Source: an uncultured Anaerolineaceae bacterium (GTDB taxonomy: Bacteria; Chloroflexota; Anaerolineae; Anaerolineales; UBA11579). Taken from it: DNA of 64,000 nucleotides. Made by a program: the position numbers and the translations under genes. Positions 53,362-62,291 of the stretch are shown piece by piece (the first letter of the stretch is position 1; each line of letters starts with the position of its first letter). The notes beneath the pieces are model-generated. The model ran no database searches. It saw nothing but the letters and a program-made list of their open reading frames with translations, and was not told the DNA's origin. The DNA lies in contig CAYJMC010000005.1 in the NCBI GenBank assembly GCA_964371335.1, positions 3,418 through 67,417 on the forward strand. The letters run 5' to 3'.

Positions 53362-56034
53362 TTAGAGCAAGGAAAGTTCGTGAGCGCGGGCTATAGCCTC
53401 AGCCCGCGAAGAAACCTGCAGCTTATGCAGGATATTGCTGACATGCGCCTTGGCGGTGCGCGTGGTCACGACCAGTCGCCTGGCGATCTCCTGGTTGGAG
53501 GAGCCGCTGACCAGCAGCTGCAGCACCTCCGCTTCGCGCGGGGTCAGCGTTTCGGCCGAGCCGGGGATAGCGATAGTGTGCGGCCCGCGGCTGGCTTCAA
53601 AGGCGGCCAGAGACACCTGGGCGACATCCGGGTATACGCTTTGCTTGACCGCCAACTGCAGCAGAGGGATGGCTTTGGGGCCGGTGATGAGCGGCTGCCC
53701 GGGCATTTCGCGTGCGATCAATTCTTGCGCAGTGCGGCGCCAAGCGCGCAGGGCTTCTTCCTTGCGATTTTGCTGCAAATAAAAGACGGCCAGATCCATG
53801 CCGGCGTTGCCCCAGGTGCCGATCCAGCGAAGCTCTTCATGCCTGCGAACTGCCTCAATGAATTTATCTTCGGCGGCGCTGAATTTTTTGCTTGCATACA
53901 AACCCCAACCTTCAATGATCGGGGGGGCAGGGCTTAAACGAAGATTCTTTTCATCCAAAAGGCCGATGAGGTCTTCGCGTATGCCGCGCGATTTATCGAT
54001 GAGATCCTGCGACCATACCCCGCGCCAGAGCGCCATCTTATACGAAGGAATACTACGTCGATGGGTGTCTGCAGCCTCCAGGCGTGGCACAGCCTCCCGG
54101 ACAAATTCCTCCAGGCGACGGTATTCGCCTTTAACGTTCATGAGATTCAATAACAGCCAATCCAAAGTGAGATCTAGGAAGGCAAAACTGCCAAAAAACG
54201 CAAGGCTGCGTCTGGCGTGCTGATGCAGGGTTTCGGCCTCCGAGAGCCTGCCCTGCAACAAAGCCACCCAGGCACCGCGGGCCAAGGCCCCAAGTTTAGG
54301 CAAGCCTTCCTCGTCCCCGAGCAAGTGGGCATTTTCGCGGTCGAACGCATCCAGCAAATTCATACCGCCATCGATAAATAAAAATTGGGCGCCCACGTGT
54401 TGGGCGGTCATGTGGTAACGATCTTCCGGATTCGCCTGACGCGCCAAATCGATGAACTCGCGGACAAATTGGCCGGTTTGTTCCCAGTCCTGTGCCAGCC
54501 AGGCCTTGGAAAGAGAAAAATGGGCTCTGCGGATGGGGAAAATATGGTCGGGGTACCTGGCAGCCAGTTCGATCAATCGTTTTCGCCACTGCACGTCGCG
54601 CTGCTCGGTGCCATAAAAGCCCAGGGTCCAGAGCGCTTCCAGCTGGCCGTCGATATCGCCGGCCTTTTCGGCCTGCGCCAACGCCGGTTTAGCCAACGCC
54701 CAGGATTCTTGGAGCCTTCCCTTCTGACGGAGAAAACTGGATCGGATCAGATCAAGCCAGTAGTGTTTCTCACGGAGGGAAACCGGGATGCGATCGATCC
54801 AATCAATAGTTTGCGGGGAAATGTATCCGTGCACGGACTGCTGCTTACCGATCGCGGTTATTTCAGGAATGACCGCGTCCCAGGCTTGCGCCGCCAACAA
54901 ATGCCGGATGCGTTGCTCGGGAAAGCGAGCAACGCCAGCGGCGCGCAAATGAAGCTCCGGGATCAGGGCAGGCGCTTTAAGTCTAAGTTCTTTCTGCAGG
55001 AATTGAGCAAACAGGGCATGAGTGCGATAGCTGGGTTCAGCGAGTCCCGATCCTTCTTCGAGCGTCAGGAAAAGATTCTTGCGGTAGAGCTCGTCCAGGA
55101 CAATTTCGGAATCGGAGCGCACAGTAACGGCATTACATACAGAAGGAGTCAGTTCATCCAGGATGGAGGTTTGCAGCATGAAATCGCGCAAATCAGGATC
55201 GAGGTGGCCGATGACTTCTTCGACCAGATAATCGAACAGGAAGCGTTGGCTAGCCGATAGGTTCTCTATCCAACTGCTGCGTGCCTGACCCGGCTCCAGC
55301 GACTGCAGCGAAAGCGCCAGCAGGCGGATGCCCGCGGCCCAGCCTTCGGTGCGATCGACGATATGTCGCACATCCGCGGCAGTCAACTGCAGGTCGATGA
55401 TCTCGTTCAGCAAGGTGGAAACGTCTTCCGCGGAGAACATTAGTCGGTCAGTGCGAAATTCTTCCATGTTACCCGCGGCCAGTAGATGGGAAAGGCGCAA
55501 TGACGGATCTTGGCGCGTGGTGACAACAAAATGGATGTGGGCCGGTGAACGCTCCAGGAGGTAATCGATGATCTGGAATATGCGCTCGTCTGAAACGCGA
55601 TGCAGATCGTCAAACACGATGATGGTGAGTTCGGTGAAATGAGTCGCCAGGTCATTGACCAGCATGGATGCCACGGTAAGCGGGGGGACATTGCCAGCGT
55701 CGCCCATCTCCAGGGAACGACTGGCCTGCGAAGCAATGTCGGGAACCAGAAGCTGCAGCGCAGCCACCATCAGGCGGAGGAAGGTGTAGGCGTCGTTATC
55801 ACCCTCGTCGATGGAGAGCCAAGCGATCTTCAATTCTGGATTCGCAGCGTGAACGGCGAGCACGGCTGTGGTCTTGCCGGCGCCGGCGGATGCAGAAAGC
55901 AGGGTCAGGCGGTTAGTGGACATCGAGTGATGGAGGGAAACAATGAGATTTCGCCGAGGCAGCGCATCCCTGATTAACTGTGGGACGAGAATCTTTGTAA
56001 GGGGGATGCGTTGAACTGAGGCGGGCGGACTCAT
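53362..56034 (-). CDS. MalT-like STAND ATPase / LuxR-family transcriptional regulator
   Basis: Walker A SAGAGKTT, Walker B IIVFDDLH, a long helical repeat region, and a C-terminal LuxR HTH (LTPREAEVLQLL...EIARRL...TAKAHVSNILHKL). Confidence 0.88.
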   Translation of the reverse strand: MSPPASVQRIPLTKILVPQLIRDALPRRNLIVSLHHSMSTNRLTLLSASAGAGKTTAVLAVHAANPELKIAWLSIDEGDNDAYTFLRLMVAALQLLVPDIASQASRSLEMGDAGNVPPLTVASMLVNDLATHFTELTIIVFDDLHRVSDERIFQIIDYLLERSPAHIHFVVTTRQDPSLRLSHLLAAGNMEEFRTDRLMFSAEDVSTLLNEIIDLQLTAADVRHIVDRTEGWAAGIRLLALSLQSLEPGQARSSWIENLSASQRFLFDYLVEEVIGHLDPDLRDFMLQTSILDELTPSVCNAVTVRSDSEIVLDELYRKNLFLTLEEGSGLAEPSYRTHALFAQFLQKELRLKAPALIPELHLRAAGVARFPEQRIRHLLAAQAWDAVIPEITAIGKQQSVHGYISPQTIDWIDRIPVSLREKHYWLDLIRSSFLRQKGRLQESWALAKPALAQAEKAGDIDGQLEALWTLGFYGTEQRDVQWRKRLIELAARYPDHIFPIRRAHFSLSKAWLAQDWEQTGQFVREFIDLARQANPEDRYHMTAQHVGAQFLFIDGGMNLLDAFDRENAHLLGDEEGLPKLGALARGAWVALLQGRLSEAETLHQHARRSLAFFGSFAFLDLTLDWLLLNLMNVKGEYRRLEEFVREAVPRLEAADTHRRSIPSYKMALWRGVWSQDLIDKSRGIREDLIGLLDEKNLRLSPAPPIIEGWGLYASKKFSAAEDKFIEAVRRHEELRWIGTWGNAGMDLAVFYLQQNRKEEALRAWRRTAQELIAREMPGQPLITGPKAIPLLQLAVKQSVYPDVAQVSLAAFEASRGPHTIAIPGSAETLTPREAEVLQLLVSGSSNQEIARRLVVTTRTAKAHVSNILHKLQVSSRAEAIARAHELSLL

Positions 56035-56114
56035 GGATCGATTAAGGGAAACTATAAATGAAAAGAGAGCAGACGCAAAGGGTGAAAAGAAAAGTTAGGA
56101 GGCAGAGACTAAAC

Positions 56115-56250
56115 TCACCTGGCAGCAGCCAACTTGCGACTCTCTTCGATATATGCCAGGCTTTGATGGCGGAAGTAAGTGTTGTACAGCGTGGCGTAGT
56201 GGCCGCCGGCGGTCAGCAGGTCCTCGTGGTTGCCTTCTTCGATCTATCTG
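56115..56250 (-). pseudogene. Orphan 3' fragment of an ABC exporter gene (paralogous to 58102..59922)
   Basis: Reads IEEGNHEDLLTAGGHYATLYNTYFRHQSLAYIEESRKLAAAR-stop. 44 nt (56164-56207) are identical to 58154-58197. No upstream coding continuation. Confidence 0.8.
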
Positions 56251-56342
56251 GTTCCCCAGTACGCGGATGAATACAAGATTGAAGTTTGGGCGTCAATCCA
56301 TAACCTGTAATGGGAAGCCAGGGGCAAACGAGATGTGAAACA

Positions 56343-56375
56343 TTAAAAATAAACGGCGCCTCTGCACCGTTTATT
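56343..56375 (-). terminator. Rho-independent terminator of the 470-aa lipoprotein gene
   Basis: Perfect 9-bp stem AATAAACGG/CCGTTTATT followed on the minus strand by TTTTT. Confidence 0.8.
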
Positions 56376-56399
56376 GATCAATTGGAGCCGGGCCACTTG

Positions 56400-57812
56400 C
56401 TACGGATTTGCCTGCTTGTGGATTACCAGTTCCCAAGAGGTGACCACGGTTGTACCCATATAGCCAGTAGTAGTGTCTTCACTTTGGGCTTGGGCGCCAT
56501 CCGCGGCGTCGATCTCCAGGCTTTCAATAAAGAACCCCTGGTCCGGAAACGCGTCCAATGGCCAGGTATCGCCTGTGAGAAACAGCGTGCACGTGTACTG
56601 CGATGTGCTGGTAGACGGCAGTCCCTCCAGGAACAAATGGAAAGTCTCGGGTTGTCCGGCCGCATCCCGAGTCACTGTACCGTTGATCTGCATGGGAGGG
56701 AAGACCAACGACGAAATCCCGGGGTCGGTGCACAGGAAATACTCGCTGCCCGAGGAGGCTTCGACTTTTTGAATGACGCCATCTCCCACAATGGTCCCAT
56801 CCGCGTTGGCACGGAAGGTGATCTGGAACTCGTAGCCACTGACCACTTGCATTCCGCTTTGTTCCCCAGAGATGCGGTACTTCCCCTCACCGGTGTAATT
56901 TTGGATGCATTTTTCCTTGGCCTGCTCGATAGTCTCCATAATTTTATCGATCTCAGGTCCAAATTCATCCTCTCCTGTCATGAGGGTGGCCTGCCTTGCC
57001 CAGCTCAGCGCCCTGGAAAGAATGGCCGGAGCCTTTTTACAATCCTGCAGCGCGATGGGCAGTTGAGGGGCAATGAAACTCTCGTATGCCTCGCGCAAAA
57101 ATTCAATCATTCTTTCCCCGCCCTCGGGATCCGGTTCACCCAGCATTTGGGCCTGGCGCTCAATGCCCAGATATTCCATCACGCGTTGGGTGAAGGCATC
57201 TTCTGCAATGGATGGAACATATTCTTGATGCTGAGTTTGGATCTCAGTTGGTGTGGCTTGGGCGGCAGCCGCTCCGCTGAAATGCCAGACCTCGAGTGTC
57301 AGGATGTTTCCCACAATCGTTGATGGATTGAGATACACCCCCTGGCCATCCTGATGATAGCCAAAAGCCACCGTTTCAAAACCTTCGTCTGCGACCGTAT
57401 TGGGGGATTCGATGGTGAGCGTGGCAGGTTGGAACAACCGCAAGTCTTCCGGCGCCATCTGCACCCCGCCGACCAAGCCGCCGCTGAACGGCAAACCTTC
57501 AACGCCGGATACCGGCGTCAGAGTGATCGTTTCCTCGCTTTGCAATGCGCCTTCTGGAAAGGTGAGCGTAAACTGGGTGCCATCGGCAGCCTGCGCAGAC
57601 AGCGATCCGCCTGCCGTGGAGATGACCGCGCTGGCGGCCAAGTCATCGTCCAAGATGACATTCACGTTAAGCGGGTTCGGCGCGCTGGCAACGGATGGCT
57701 GCGTCGGCGCAGATGTCGCATTCTGGGCTGCAGGATCGGATGCAGGGGCGGTGGGGCCACACGCGGTGGCGAGAACAATAATCAATACAAATGGGAACAA
57801 ACGAGTTTTCAT
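56400..57812 (-). CDS. Large secreted lipoprotein (470 aa), function unknown
   Basis: ATG 57812 after AGAGGA. Lipobox LATAC. No catalytic motif recognised. Confidence 0.7.
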   Translation of the reverse strand: MKTRLFPFVLIIVLATACGPTAPASDPAAQNATSAPTQPSVASAPNPLNVNVILDDDLAASAVISTAGGSLSAQAADGTQFTLTFPEGALQSEETITLTPVSGVEGLPFSGGLVGGVQMAPEDLRLFQPATLTIESPNTVADEGFETVAFGYHQDGQGVYLNPSTIVGNILTLEVWHFSGAAAAQATPTEIQTQHQEYVPSIAEDAFTQRVMEYLGIERQAQMLGEPDPEGGERMIEFLREAYESFIAPQLPIALQDCKKAPAILSRALSWARQATLMTGEDEFGPEIDKIMETIEQAKEKCIQNYTGEGKYRISGEQSGMQVVSGYEFQITFRANADGTIVGDGVIQKVEASSGSEYFLCTDPGISSLVFPPMQINGTVTRDAAGQPETFHLFLEGLPSTSTSQYTCTLFLTGDTWPLDAFPDQGFFIESLEIDAADGAQAQSEDTTTGYMGTTVVTSWELVIHKQANP

Positions 57813-58074
57813 TTTTCCTCTTTGAAGCTGTGTTGTCACACAGCAACCAACTTTTTATTAGTGTTGTGTGGCGGAGAAGTGGCGCAATGGAACCTGAATA
57901 GAGTGTAGGACTCAGCAGGGGGTGACAAAGGGTCATATGACCCCGATAAAACAAAGCCAACTATGCGCAAATTACCTCGAAAAAGTGACTTATGCACTCA
58001 TTGTTAAAAAAAGCACAGGTTAGGAGGGCGAAATAGACGTGTGCAGATCAATCTGGAAAAATGGCAGATGCGTT

Positions 58075-58095
58075 GGAGTTTGCTTCGCAAACTCC
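58075..58095. terminator. Hairpin just downstream of the ABC exporter gene
   Basis: GGAGTTTGC-TTC-GCAAACTCC perfect 9-bp stem, 7 nt after the stop. No U-tract. Confidence 0.45.
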
Positions 58096-58101
58096 AGAAT
58101 C

Positions 58102-59922
58102 CTAAGTTTGTTGTTCAGCGAGCCTACGAGATTCTTCGATATACGCGAGGCTCTGATGGCGGAAGTAAGTGTTGTACAGCGTGGCGTAGTGGCCGCCCTG
58201 CGCCAGCAGGTTGTCGTGGTCGCCCTCTTCGATGATCTGGCCCTGGCGCAGCACAATGATACGGTCGGCGGCCTTGATGGTGGAGAGGCGATGGGCAATG
58301 AGGATGCTGGTGCTCTCGCGCAGGATCAGGTTGACCGCCTGCTGGATCTGCCACTCGGTGAAGGGATCGATGCTGGCGGTGGCCTCGTCGAGCACGAAGA
58401 TGGCCGGTTTCTGCACCAGCACGCGCAGCAGCGAGACCAGCTGGCGCTGCCCCATGGAGAGGCGGCCGCCGCGCTCGCCCACTTCGGTTTGCAAGCCCTG
58501 CGGCAGAGTCTCCAGCCATTCGCCGTCGCCAATGCGGCGCGCCAACGCCGTGATGTCGGCGTCGGTAGCCATGGGCGCGGCGTAGCGGATGTTTTCTACA
58601 ACTGTTCCTGAAAAAAGGAACGGTTGTTGCGAGACGATGCCCAACTGGCGGCGGTACTGGGCGAGGTTGAAGGTGCGGATGTCTTTGCCATCGATGAGCA
58701 GGCGCCCTTCCTGGAATTCGTAGAAGCGGGCGACCAATTTGGCGATAGAAGACTTCCCGGCGCCGGTGTGGCCCACCAGGGCGACGTTCTCGCCGGGGGC
58801 AATGTGTAGATTGAAATCGCGCAACACTGCCTGGCGTTCGGTGTAGCGGAAACTGAAATGCTGGAATTCGATCTCGCCGCGCAAGCCTGGGATGTCGTCA
58901 TTGGCGACCTGAAGCACCTTGGGCTCAGCGTCGATCAGTGCGAAGGAGCGCTCGGCGGCAGAGAGGCCGGACTGCACCTGGGTCCAGAAGGAGGCCAGCT
59001 GCAGAACCGGGTCGATGAAGCGGCCCAGGCTCTGCATGAAGAGGTACCAGGCGCCGGCGGTGATTACGCCTTCCGCCACGGAGTTGCCGCCGATGTAGAG
59101 GAGGATGGCGTTGCCAAAGGCGGCCAGGGCGTTGAGCGTAGGAAACACGGAGGAGAGCACCAGGCCGCGGCGGATATTGACGCGGTAGGAACCCTGGTTG
59201 GCTTCGTTGAACTCGTTGAAGATCATTTCTTCCTGGCGGAAGTTCTTGGCCACAGCGATGCCGCTGACGGTCTCTTTGATGGCGGCATTCACGTTGCCCA
59301 TGGCGCGCATGCCGCGCTGGGTAGTGCGCCGGGCGGCGGCGCGGAACCCCGCCGCGGCGAGGTAGAAGATGGGGAGTTGGGCGAAGAGGATCAGGGACAG
59401 CCAACCCTGGATGAAGATCAAGACGATGCTCAGCAGAATGGCCTGCCCGAAGGCGGAGATCAGATCGGTCACCAGCACGATCATGTCACCAAACTCGCGC
59501 GTATCGGAGGTGATGCGCGAGATCACTTTGGCGGCGGGATTCTCGTCGTAGAAAGAGAGATCATGCTCGGTGGCGGCGCGGAAGCCGTCCACGCGGATAT
59601 CCATCACCACGTCGCCGATGACGCGGGCGGTGAGGCGGCGGCGCCACCAGTTGGCGGCCCAGACCAGCACGCCGGAGGCGAGCACCACCAAAGTAACGAT
59701 AAGGATTTGGAAAGCGGTGATGGCAGGACCGGCGAGATCCAGGGCGCGGGCAAGCAACAGCGGGACCGCGGCGCCAGCCATGGCGTTGAACAACGAGAGC
59801 AGGCCGATGCCTGCCATGGGCAGCGCGTAAGGGCGGAAATAGCTGCCCATGCGCGACAACAACTGGCGGTCGCTGTATTGGCGGTCGTATGCTTCTACGT
59901 CGAGGCCGGAGAAGAAACCCAT
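58102..59922 (-). CDS. ABC exporter, fused permease/ATPase half-transporter (MdlB/BmrD-like)
   Basis: Six-TM exporter domain. Walker A GHTGAGKSS, signature LSMGQRQ, Walker B IFVLDEA. Confidence 0.9.
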   Translation of the reverse strand: MGFFSGLDVEAYDRQYSDRQLLSRMGSYFRPYALPMAGIGLLSLFNAMAGAAVPLLLARALDLAGPAITAFQILIVTLVVLASGVLVWAANWWRRRLTARVIGDVVMDIRVDGFRAATEHDLSFYDENPAAKVISRITSDTREFGDMIVLVTDLISAFGQAILLSIVLIFIQGWLSLILFAQLPIFYLAAAGFRAAARRTTQRGMRAMGNVNAAIKETVSGIAVAKNFRQEEMIFNEFNEANQGSYRVNIRRGLVLSSVFPTLNALAAFGNAILLYIGGNSVAEGVITAGAWYLFMQSLGRFIDPVLQLASFWTQVQSGLSAAERSFALIDAEPKVLQVANDDIPGLRGEIEFQHFSFRYTERQAVLRDFNLHIAPGENVALVGHTGAGKSSIAKLVARFYEFQEGRLLIDGKDIRTFNLAQYRRQLGIVSQQPFLFSGTVVENIRYAAPMATDADITALARRIGDGEWLETLPQGLQTEVGERGGRLSMGQRQLVSLLRVLVQKPAIFVLDEATASIDPFTEWQIQQAVNLILRESTSILIAHRLSTIKAADRIIVLRQGQIIEEGDHDNLLAQGGHYATLYNTYFRHQSLAYIEESRRLAEQQT

Positions 59923-60232
59923 GGCTACACGCTGATGGAGCGGAAAAAAGAATTGCAGAACATGGTTATGCGGAAGACTGCGTTATAGGGGTCCCTCGCT
60001 GGCATAGGAGTCTGCTTGGGTAATGATTTACGTACCCGCTCGGGATGACAAAAAGGGAAAGGCCGGAGAAGAAACCCATGGATCAGGAAGGGAGAAGGGA
60101 TGAGGGAAAAGAAAAGACTGGATTTGCAGAACTTGGTTGTTCCGAAGAGTTCGTTTTGGGGATTCCTCGGCTGTTTTGAATCTGCAGTCGGATAATGATT
60201 TCGCTCGCCGCCTCGGAATGACAAGTTCAAGA
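59903..60232. repeat. Degenerate tandem duplication (two units of about 157-172 nt) that includes the start-codon region of the ABC gene
   Basis: The 22-nt AGGCCGGAGAAGAAACCCATGG is identical at 59903-59924 and 60060-60081. Further shared blocks are TTGCAGAAC.TGGTT and GG.TAATGATTT...GATGACAA / GAATGACAA. Confidence 0.75.
60085..60116 (+). repeat. G-tract GGGATGA-type element, copy 3
   Basis: CAGGAAGGGAGAAGGGATGAGGGAAAAGAAAAG, inside unit 2 of the tandem duplication. Confidence 0.5.
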
Positions 60233-60271
60233 AAGAACGAAAGTCACTTGCAATGAAGGAAATGGAAGTAT

Positions 60272-62047
60272 TCATTCGCTAAAGATGCGGCGGTAGGCTT
60301 TGGAGGATTGCATCAATTCATCGTGGCTGCCGGAGGCCACCACGCGCCCCGAGCGCATCACTAAGATCAGGTCGGCCCAGCGGATCTGCGAGAGACGGTG
60401 GGTGATCATCATGGTGGTGCGGCCCCTGGCGGCAGCATAGATGGCGCGCTGAATCAGGTCCTCGGTGGCGGAGTCGATGGCGGAGGTGGAATCGTCGAGG
60501 ATGAGAATGGCGGGATCGGTGAGGAAGGCGCGGGCGAGAGCCAGGCGCTGGCGCTGGCCGCCGGAAAGCGTGACGCCGCGGTCGCCGATGACGGTGTCGT
60601 AGCCCTCTTTGAATTCCATGATGAATTCGTGCGCCTGGGCTTGTTGGGCGGCAATTTCAATCTCGGCGCGGGAGGCGTCTTTCTTGCCGAAGGCAATGTT
60701 GTCGGCGATGCTGCGCGAAAACAGGAAAATATCCTGCTCGATGATGGAAATGTGGCGGCGCAGAGCTTCCAGGTTCCAGTCGCGCACGTCGACGCCGTCC
60801 ACCAGGACCTGTCCGGAGGTGACGTCATAGGTGCGGTTGACCAATTTGGCCAGGGAGGTCTTGCCGACGCCGGTCTGCCCGACGATGGCCACTGTTCGGC
60901 CGGCCGGAATGTGGAACGACACCTCTTGCAAAGCGGGCTCGTCTTTGTCGTAGGCGAAGGTGACATTGCGGAATTCGATGTCACCCTTCATCTCGCCGCC
61001 GTACCCGGCAATGTTCTGGTCGAGATCGGTTTCGTTGTTGATGAGCTCGAGGATGCGGCGTGCGGAAGCAACTCCCAGCGAAACCTGCGAATAAGCGAAC
61101 AGCGAAGTGTGGACCGGGAAACCGAAGAGCATCAATAAGCCAAAGTAGGCGATGACCTGGCCCAGGACGATCTGGCCCTGCTGATAGAGCACCAAGGAGT
61201 GCCAGAGGCCGGCGGCTTCAGCGAGGCTCATCAGCAGCATGGGGAGGAAACGCGCCTCGATGTAGCCCTCGCGAATGTAGGCAGCGCGGAAGCGATTGGC
61301 ATTGGATTTAAAGAGCTGGACTTCTTCTTTTTCCTGCGCGGCGCCTTTGACAGTTTCGATGCCATCCAGCGCTTCGGAAAGGCGCGAGTTGAGCGTGCCG
61401 AAAGAATGCCGCAGTTCGCGGGTGACGGGTGCCAGCTCCACCAGGTATTGCCAGATGGAAAGGAAGTAGGCGACGGTGAACAGCAGAGGCGTAAGCACCA
61501 GGGCAGGATGAATCGCCAAAGAGGCAAAGAGCGGCGAAAAGAGGAACATGGCGGCGCCGATCACCAGGTTGAGGCCGGGGTTGAACATCAGGTTGATCTC
61601 GCGCACGTCGTTGGTGGCGCGGGCCATGGTGTCGCCCACGGATTGCAGGCTGTGGAAAGTCATGCTCTTGCCCAGCAGGCTGACGTAGAGTTCGTCGCGA
61701 ATGTTGCGCTCGAGGAGCTGGCCCAGCCACTCGGCGCTGAAGTTACGGGCAAACTGGAGCAGAGAACGGATGCCCTGGCTGCCAATGATAAGCAGCGCGA
61801 AGCCGAGGAGGAGATCGGTGCGCGGCGGCGATTGCATAATCGCTTCGAAGGCATCGCCGATGACGATGGGGACTACCGCGGCCAGGGCGCCGTTGCTGGC
61901 GGCACCGATGAAGAGCATGATGGCCAACGGCCAGTAGCGCCACACGTGGGAGAGCAGCCAGCGCAGCGGCGTGCGCCGGTCGGTGCGGTAGCGGTGCGGC
62001 AATGTAAATTCAGCCGCGGGTTGTGCGGGAAGGACGGTAGTGGTCAT
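60272..62047 (-). CDS. ABC exporter, fused permease/ATPase half-transporter (MdlA/BmrC-like)
   Basis: Six-TM exporter domain. Walker A GQTGVGKTS, signature LSGGQRQ, Walker B ILILDDS. Confidence 0.9.
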   Translation of the reverse strand: MTTTVLPAQPAAEFTLPHRYRTDRRTPLRWLLSHVWRYWPLAIMLFIGAASNGALAAVVPIVIGDAFEAIMQSPPRTDLLLGFALLIIGSQGIRSLLQFARNFSAEWLGQLLERNIRDELYVSLLGKSMTFHSLQSVGDTMARATNDVREINLMFNPGLNLVIGAAMFLFSPLFASLAIHPALVLTPLLFTVAYFLSIWQYLVELAPVTRELRHSFGTLNSRLSEALDGIETVKGAAQEKEEVQLFKSNANRFRAAYIREGYIEARFLPMLLMSLAEAAGLWHSLVLYQQGQIVLGQVIAYFGLLMLFGFPVHTSLFAYSQVSLGVASARRILELINNETDLDQNIAGYGGEMKGDIEFRNVTFAYDKDEPALQEVSFHIPAGRTVAIVGQTGVGKTSLAKLVNRTYDVTSGQVLVDGVDVRDWNLEALRRHISIIEQDIFLFSRSIADNIAFGKKDASRAEIEIAAQQAQAHEFIMEFKEGYDTVIGDRGVTLSGGQRQRLALARAFLTDPAILILDDSTSAIDSATEDLIQRAIYAAARGRTTMMITHRLSQIRWADLILVMRSGRVVASGSHDELMQSSKAYRRIFSE

Positions 62048-62120
62048 TTGATTGATCGCGAAGGTTGGGTGTGCGGGACGCGCCCAGCCGAAATTAATGC
62101 AACAGAGTTAGGATACCACA

Positions 62121-62150
62121 GGGGAAAGGATGAGGGATGAGGGTTGAAAG
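62121..62150 (+). repeat. G-tract GGGATGA-type element, copy 4
   Basis: GGGGAAAGGATGAGGGATGAGGGTTGAAAG in the divergent intergenic region upstream of the ABC operon. Confidence 0.55.
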
Positions 62151-62291
62151 CGTTGGGCGTTAGACAGCCCTAGCCAACAAAAATATCACATTACATTTGC
62201 CTAGATACAAAGTAAACATGCACTCTAGACGTATCGATCTTCATGGGGTAAGTTTCTTTATATTTTTGAGGGAGTACCGCAAGGAGGGCAC

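Noticed and set aside
59925-60275. 116-aa minus-strand ORF filling the ABC intergenic spacer
   Set aside because: It is built from the degenerate tandem repeat units and has Phe/Ser/Arg-rich low-complexity sequence and no RBS. The short 37-codon ORF starting with the duplicated MGFFSGL is the only plausible translated element.
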